64,000 bases of DNA. Origin: Schizochytrium sp. TIO01 (lineage: Eukaryota > Protista > Bigyra: Labyrinthulomycetes). The stretch is from NCBI GenBank assembly GCA_004764695.1, contig SMSO01000006.1:201859-265858 (forward strand), given 5' to 3'. This document shows, one piece after another, positions 58,449-64,000 of this stretch (position 1 is its first letter; every line of letters begins with the position of its first letter). The notes under the pieces were generated by a model, which was given only the letters and a program-made list of their open reading frames with translations, ran no database searches and was not told the origin of the DNA. The position numbers were made by a program, and so were the translations under genes.

Positions 58449-61126
58449 CCTGCTGTGAGTTTTTATTTACTTCTGCTGCTGATGCTCTTGATTGATCTCA
58501 ACTACACGAGTCGAGTCACGTTTGGGGTTTGCTTGAGCTAGTGCAGTGCAGTTTCGGGTTTGCTTGAGCTCGAATCTGTCTGTCTGTCTGTCTGTCTTCT
58601 GCTCCTTTGCTTTTCCTTTTTCATTCTCTCTTTCAGCAGTTTTGAAAATTTAATTTCTTTCTTCTTCTTTTCTTTTTCAAAACTTTTTGCAAACAAATAC
58701 CACTTTTTTTCAAAAGGTAAGACTTTCACGCTAAGCAAAGACCTTTTCTTTTTTTCTCCCTTTTAGATGTATTAAAAATACACAACAACACCAACAAAAC
58801 ATTAATGAAGCTCTTTTTTCTTTTTTTTTTTCTTTTTTTTTTTTAATCTTTTAATCTTTTATCTTTTTTAACTAATTTCGGATCTTTTTAAACATATATC
58901 TGTGGAGAGGAGAAAATCATGATTCAAGAGTGTTTTGTTTCCTCTGCTTTTGTAAATAAACCCTTGCTCGCTGGAAGTCTGCGGAAGGCTCTGGATCCCG
59001 AGTTGGTACCTGTCTTCTCCGCACTATTTGCTACTGCTTTGTGCCAGCTTGGACGTATTTGGGTAGTTCGCGCAGAGTTTTGGCAGAGTTCGAGCTGCGA
59101 CTGCCTTCCTTTTCCCTCTTTCTCTCTCTCGCTCTCCTTGCAATCACTCAATGTATGTGCTACTACCTACCTCCTACCAGCCTGATACCGCTATCAGTAG
59201 CACCCTGTCAGGTCCACTTCTCTCCTCCATCTCTTCGAACTTTCAAGTGTTTCTTTCTTCTCTTTTCTCCTTCGTCGCCAGGGACCAGCATCGCTCTAGC
59301 AGTCCCTACCTCCCTCCTACTACTAACCCCTGACTTCTTCTTTTTCTTTTCTTTCCTTATTCTTTGACAACGTTAATTCAAACATCTGTTTTAAAATTAA
59401 ATTAAATATTGAATAAACATTCTCCTTTTCCTCTCTTTTTTTTCTTTTTTTTTTTTAAATGAAAAGTTCATTGTAAACGCAGTCTTGACAAGAATCAGCT
59501 TAGTGCATAGTCTAGTGGGCGCCTAGTCTCTTGTACGATCTTTCGCCAGAACCTGGTCAATAAGAAGGAAACATCGAAAGAAAACAGAAAAACTTATTAT
59601 AACCAACATAAAACGATACAGCAAATAAAATTGTAAACTGCGCAAACAAAGAACTCGAAGAAGATAAATAGAGAGAGAGAGAGAGGCAGATCATGAATGA
59701 GGACCTCCACCCACAGCATATCCATCCCTCCTTTGGCTGCCTCGCCGTTCGTGAAACCCTTTCCTGAGCGGTCTTCGGCGCACGCTCCCCGTCCCTTGCC
59801 AGCTCCACGGGGCCTTCTCTGTACCCACCCATCCATGCACACGAGGCTTCAGACGGAGTCCATCGAACGCGGTCGAACGCGTGGTCCACAGAAGAAGATC
59901 AGTATCCATCGATCGAACAATCAATCTTTCTTTCTTTCTTTCTTTCTCTCTTTCTTGTCTACTTTTATTATTATCATTATCATTATATTAATTAAAAATA
60001 TACAAAAGTTGAACATTACGATAGTGAAATAATGTGTAAACAAAAGAGTTTTAATTTTCAATTAATAAAAAACAAAGATGAAAGTTTTGCAACTTTTCAT
60101 TTCTACTTCATTCACGAAGCCCCCTTAGGCATGTCCTAAGAGTTCCTACCGCAAACCCATTCGAACTGGCGTCATTCAAATTACGTGCCATACTGTATAG
60201 TTCCTTTCAAGGTCAGGAATTCGTTTGCGCGATGATTCATTGATTAATTAATTAATTCACCAATTAATTATTTCGCTCAGGCCGAAAGAGCGAGAGGGGG
60301 CGCAGAAGCAGGGGCCTCAAGCTCGATTGTCTGCTGCAACTGCTCGCGCCTCCGCTCTTTCGAAGGCTCCTTTGAAGGCCTCTCGATCGATGGATGGATG
60401 GTCCATCGATTCATCATCGAACTTCGAGCATCATCATCATTCACGGCGCGCGGCTGGCTCGTGCGAAGGCCACTGTAGGCTATCCCCGCGCAAGTAGGAT
60501 ATACCCTCTTTCTCTACTACACGGCCCCCTATAACCTACTTGCGGCCTCTTCTATAAACCACTTGGCTCCGGCTTCCGGAAACCAATTTCTTCGCCTTTT
60601 CCTCGCCATCCATTTCACCCCCGCCCCCCTTCATCCCACACTGGACACCCTCAACGAGTCCTACTCTGCAGCAGAGGAGACGCATCCCACCTGGCCCCCT
60701 CTGGCTTCCGCAATATGTTCGGTGGCGAGGTGTCCTGCGGTGGTTCTTAGTGTTTACTATACTCGTAATAGGACTGCTTTGGCCACTGGTTTTGCTCGGA
60801 GCGCGGCTCTTCCCAGTTCTCCCCAGACTAGCCCCTTTTCGAACGCGCCTCCCCCTCCCCGCCCAGAGAGCTTGGGGTCATGTAAGGACTTGAGGCGCAG
60901 GCTCTCGATGCCGGGGGTATCCGTTCCACGAGGAACCCTTGGGGAACGGTAATGCGGGGATCGCCTCTCTGTGCCTTTCTGCCTATGATTCATTCTTCCT
61001 GTGCTTAGTTTGGGTGCCACAAAGATGAATGAGCGATCATCATCTCACTCCGTTTGGCGCTTGGAACTGCCTGAGTCATCGCGGCGATTCTGCGTGGATG
61101 AGAGAGCCGCGTCGCGAGAGGAATCC

Positions 61127-61156
61127 TGGATGGATGGATGGATGGATGGATGGATG
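61127..61156. repeat. (GGAT)n microsatellite
   Basis: Visible. Confidence 0.85.
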
Positions 61157-61259
61157 CGTGGACAGTCAAGAGTGCTGCAGAAGGACAGTCAGTCAGGCGG
61201 TCAGACTGCCTGAGCAAAGGAGCCGTCGTACGCGCCGCAGGAATTGTCTCCACGAAAGA

Positions 61260-61329
61260 TTACATCACATTACATTGCATTACATTACATTACATTGCAT
61301 TGCATTACATTGCATTACATTGCATTGCA
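61260..61329. repeat. (CATTA/CATTG)n pentamer microsatellite
   Basis: Visible mixed pentamer run. Confidence 0.9.
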
Positions 61330-61737
61330 CTCTATCACTGAGTTACCTCGCACGTAGCCGCCTAGTAGTTACCTACCTCCCTCCATCTGAGCAGCCCTGT
61401 AGGCCTCCCTACCGCATTCTCTAGCCCACCCTGCCCCTGACTGCTTCCGCTGACTAACCAACACTCTAAGTAACCTTAGGTGCGTACGTACGGTCGTTAG
61501 CTGTGTCATTTCGCGCAACGACCTGGTCACTAGCAGTCAACTACCGGTCGCTAGCCAGCGCCGTCCTACTAGTTGCTATGACGTCACTCACTTTGTCTGG
61601 TCATCTTCCACTAGTAGGGCCTGGCTACCGCTAACGGTAAGCGGCTAGTCGGTACTTCCCCTCTCTTTCATGCACGCACAGAAAGATTCAATGATCCACT
61701 GCAAAGAAAGCGTTGAATCCAAGTCTTAAAAGAAGAA

Positions 61738-61748
61738 GAGAGAGAGAG

Positions 61749-61787
<39 letters not shown>
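61738..61787. repeat. (GA)n-(GAAA)n compound microsatellite
   Basis: Visible. Confidence 0.88.
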
Positions 61788-62049
61788 AAAAGGGGGAAAG
61801 CCAACTTTTATCTGTCTATCGCTGTATCCATCGATCGATTGATTGATCAATCTTTCTATCTGCCTGTCTCTCCGTCGCCCATCTTCTGACGCCACGCTGA
61901 GAGCAGTGAGTGCGAAGAGAGCGGCTCTGAGCTCCACCAATGGGCCGCCAATCGCCGCTCAGCGAGCATCCGCAGAAGGGGCAGAAGGCGGGCCGGTCAC
62001 GCAGACAGACCATCATGGCCACCCATCATCCCTCCTTCGAGGCCTGTTA

Positions 62050-62051
62050 AG

Positions 62052-62092
<41 letters not shown>
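62050..62092. repeat. (AGAT)n microsatellite
   Basis: Visible. Confidence 0.9.
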
Positions 62093-62440
62093 CATTGAAA
62101 GGAGTTTTCTCCATTGTCCATATTGGTGTAGTAAGGAGTAAGATCCCCTCTTTCTTTCTTTCTTTCCTTCTTTTCCTTTTCCTTTTATTTAACAGTTGTT
62201 TCAATCAGATCGTATAAAAATGCATTTTTTTAAATATTATTTTCATTTTGCCATTAGCATTCATGATTACAACAGCAAATACTTGCAAAAGAATATGCAG
62301 ACGGTGATGAATGATGGCGGCAGCGAATGCTTAGAATGGAAAGAAGCGGAGAGGGCTCGAAATCAGGGCTCCTCGATCGTAAGAAAGTTAAAGAGAAGAG
62401 CGCAGACAGCAGATCTCTTGAAAAATGCGCGAATGCGAAG

Positions 62441-62484
62441 GGATGGATGGATGGATGGATGGGTGGATGGGTGGATGGGTGGAT
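62441..62484. repeat. (GGAT/GGGT)n microsatellite
   Basis: Visible. Confidence 0.85.
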
Positions 62485-64000
62485 CAAGGAGAAAGAAGCT
62501 ACTTACTTGGGCAGAAACGAGGAGCTAAGAAGATGTGGAGATGATGGGAATCGTCGCCGAAGCGAAGTAAATTTCGCCAGAACAGGAATGAGTGAGAAGA
62601 AGGGGTAACGTAACCGCGGATCATGCTTTGGACTGAATGCGCTCACTCCAGGTACGTGGATTAGTGAAAGATGAAAGAAAGAAAGGGAAGCTGAGGCTGT
62701 TTCGAATTGTTTTTGGTTTTGTTTTAAAGAGAAAAAGAACAATATTTTCACCTCAGTTCCTTCAAAACGTTTCGTTTGATTTAGTTTTATTTTATTTTAA
62801 GATAAAATGTTTTTAATAATAATAATTATTATTATTATTATTATAAAATGAGTAAATTTGGTTTGCAGTGTCATTCATTCTTTCTCTTAGGGTCAAGACT
62901 TCGATCGCTCGTTCACGGCAGTTTGGAGATTGAAGTTCAACGAGGTTTTGGTTTTGACTGATCTTCAAGATCCTGAGGGTACCGACGGCTACGCTCAAAA
63001 GGCACGCGGAGACAGACGCTGCCAACCTACATACCCGCTCAGCAGCTGCCCGCGTGGATGGATAGATAGATGAATGGGCGCATTTTTGGGGAATGACTGG
63101 TGTGATGGCAAGTCCTTCATTGATCGATTTGAGCCATTCGACGTGCAGATGATTGTAGGTCCTACCTACGTACCAATATATTATGGTAATTTTATTTATC
63201 AATAAAACACAGAAACTTACGACAGACGATTGTTGCGAAATTTACATAAATGTGCTGCGCGATCTTGAACCGCGGCTTCAAGAACCTGCAGAACCAGCAC
63301 GCCTCGCCTCCGCCAAGCAACGAGTCGCAGCTTCGATTGCGCCAGATAAATGAAGGCCGCAGCTCTGGTTCTTTTGAAGTAAGGCATACAAATTCTTCGC
63401 ATGCCTGCCTTTCTTCACAAGCTCGAGCTGTACCATTCGAAAGTGGTCTGCATATGGAATACATTCACACGCATGAATGCATTTGCTTTAAAATAAATAC
63501 ATGCATGCACGTCAGCATGTAACCAGGCGCCTAGCTCTTCATTCTTTGTCTCCAGAGAAGTAGGTCCTACGGCTCCAAAAACCGTGGCCCTGCATCTGAC
63601 GAGATCAAGGCATCTATAGACTCGTAGCGGGAGTTTGAATGGTCTTCGAAGCGGAGATAGGACGTGAGAGCGCGGGTTCCCTTTGATTTTGGTGGGCAGT
63701 GAATTTGCTTTCGATAGTAAACTTGGATGACTGTGATCGAAGCGAATTGAAGCGATGCATTCATTGCGGAAGATGATTGCTCGACTCGCAAAAGAAATCG
63801 CAAGGGAGCTCTTCACTCCATCCTCCTTTGGTTGATCTTCATGTGCGTGTCTGCCTTCGAAGTCAAGAACCGCCTCTACAGATATTATATTGAATTCGCG
63901 ATCAGCCGAGATTTAGGAACTCTCAAGAATTGTCCATGAACGTATTAGAGTCTTGCATCGCGAACGAATCTTCAAGCGCACACTCACTGTCCAGCGAGAA

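Noticed and set aside
57027-58541. 504-aa plus-strand ORF antisense to the ATP-grasp gene
   Set aside because: It is in exact codon register with the real gene, starts at GTG and has no motifs. The absence of TTA/CTA/TCA codons in the sense gene explains it.

Overview
Eukaryotic, apparently intronless DNA with long, microsatellite-rich intergenic spacers. The style suggests a thraustochytrid or similar stramenopile, but that is inference only. Twelve protein-coding genes are supported. An asteroid-like PIN/XPG nuclease overlaps tail-to-tail by 7 bp with a ~2,000-aa TPR protein that has a signal peptide. A ~10 kb gene-free gap follows, then two paralogous sulfotransferase-fold proteins, a divergent phosphatidylinositol-synthase-like CDP-alcohol transferase, six tandem co-oriented AMP-forming acyl-CoA ligases, and a strongly codon-biased carnosine-synthase/L-amino-acid-ligase-like ATP-grasp enzyme. 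All six ligases are intact and end in the peroxisomal signal SKL. The most notable signal is this diversified peroxisomal ligase array and its enzyme-only neighbourhood (about 21-58.4 kb), which may be a metabolic gene cluster. Two non-coding fold-back structures (19.6 kb and 61.6 kb) are also flagged. No tRNA, rRNA, CRISPR array or transposase was recognised. Where the ORF track used an upstream GTG/TTG, the CDS start was moved to the first in-frame ATG.
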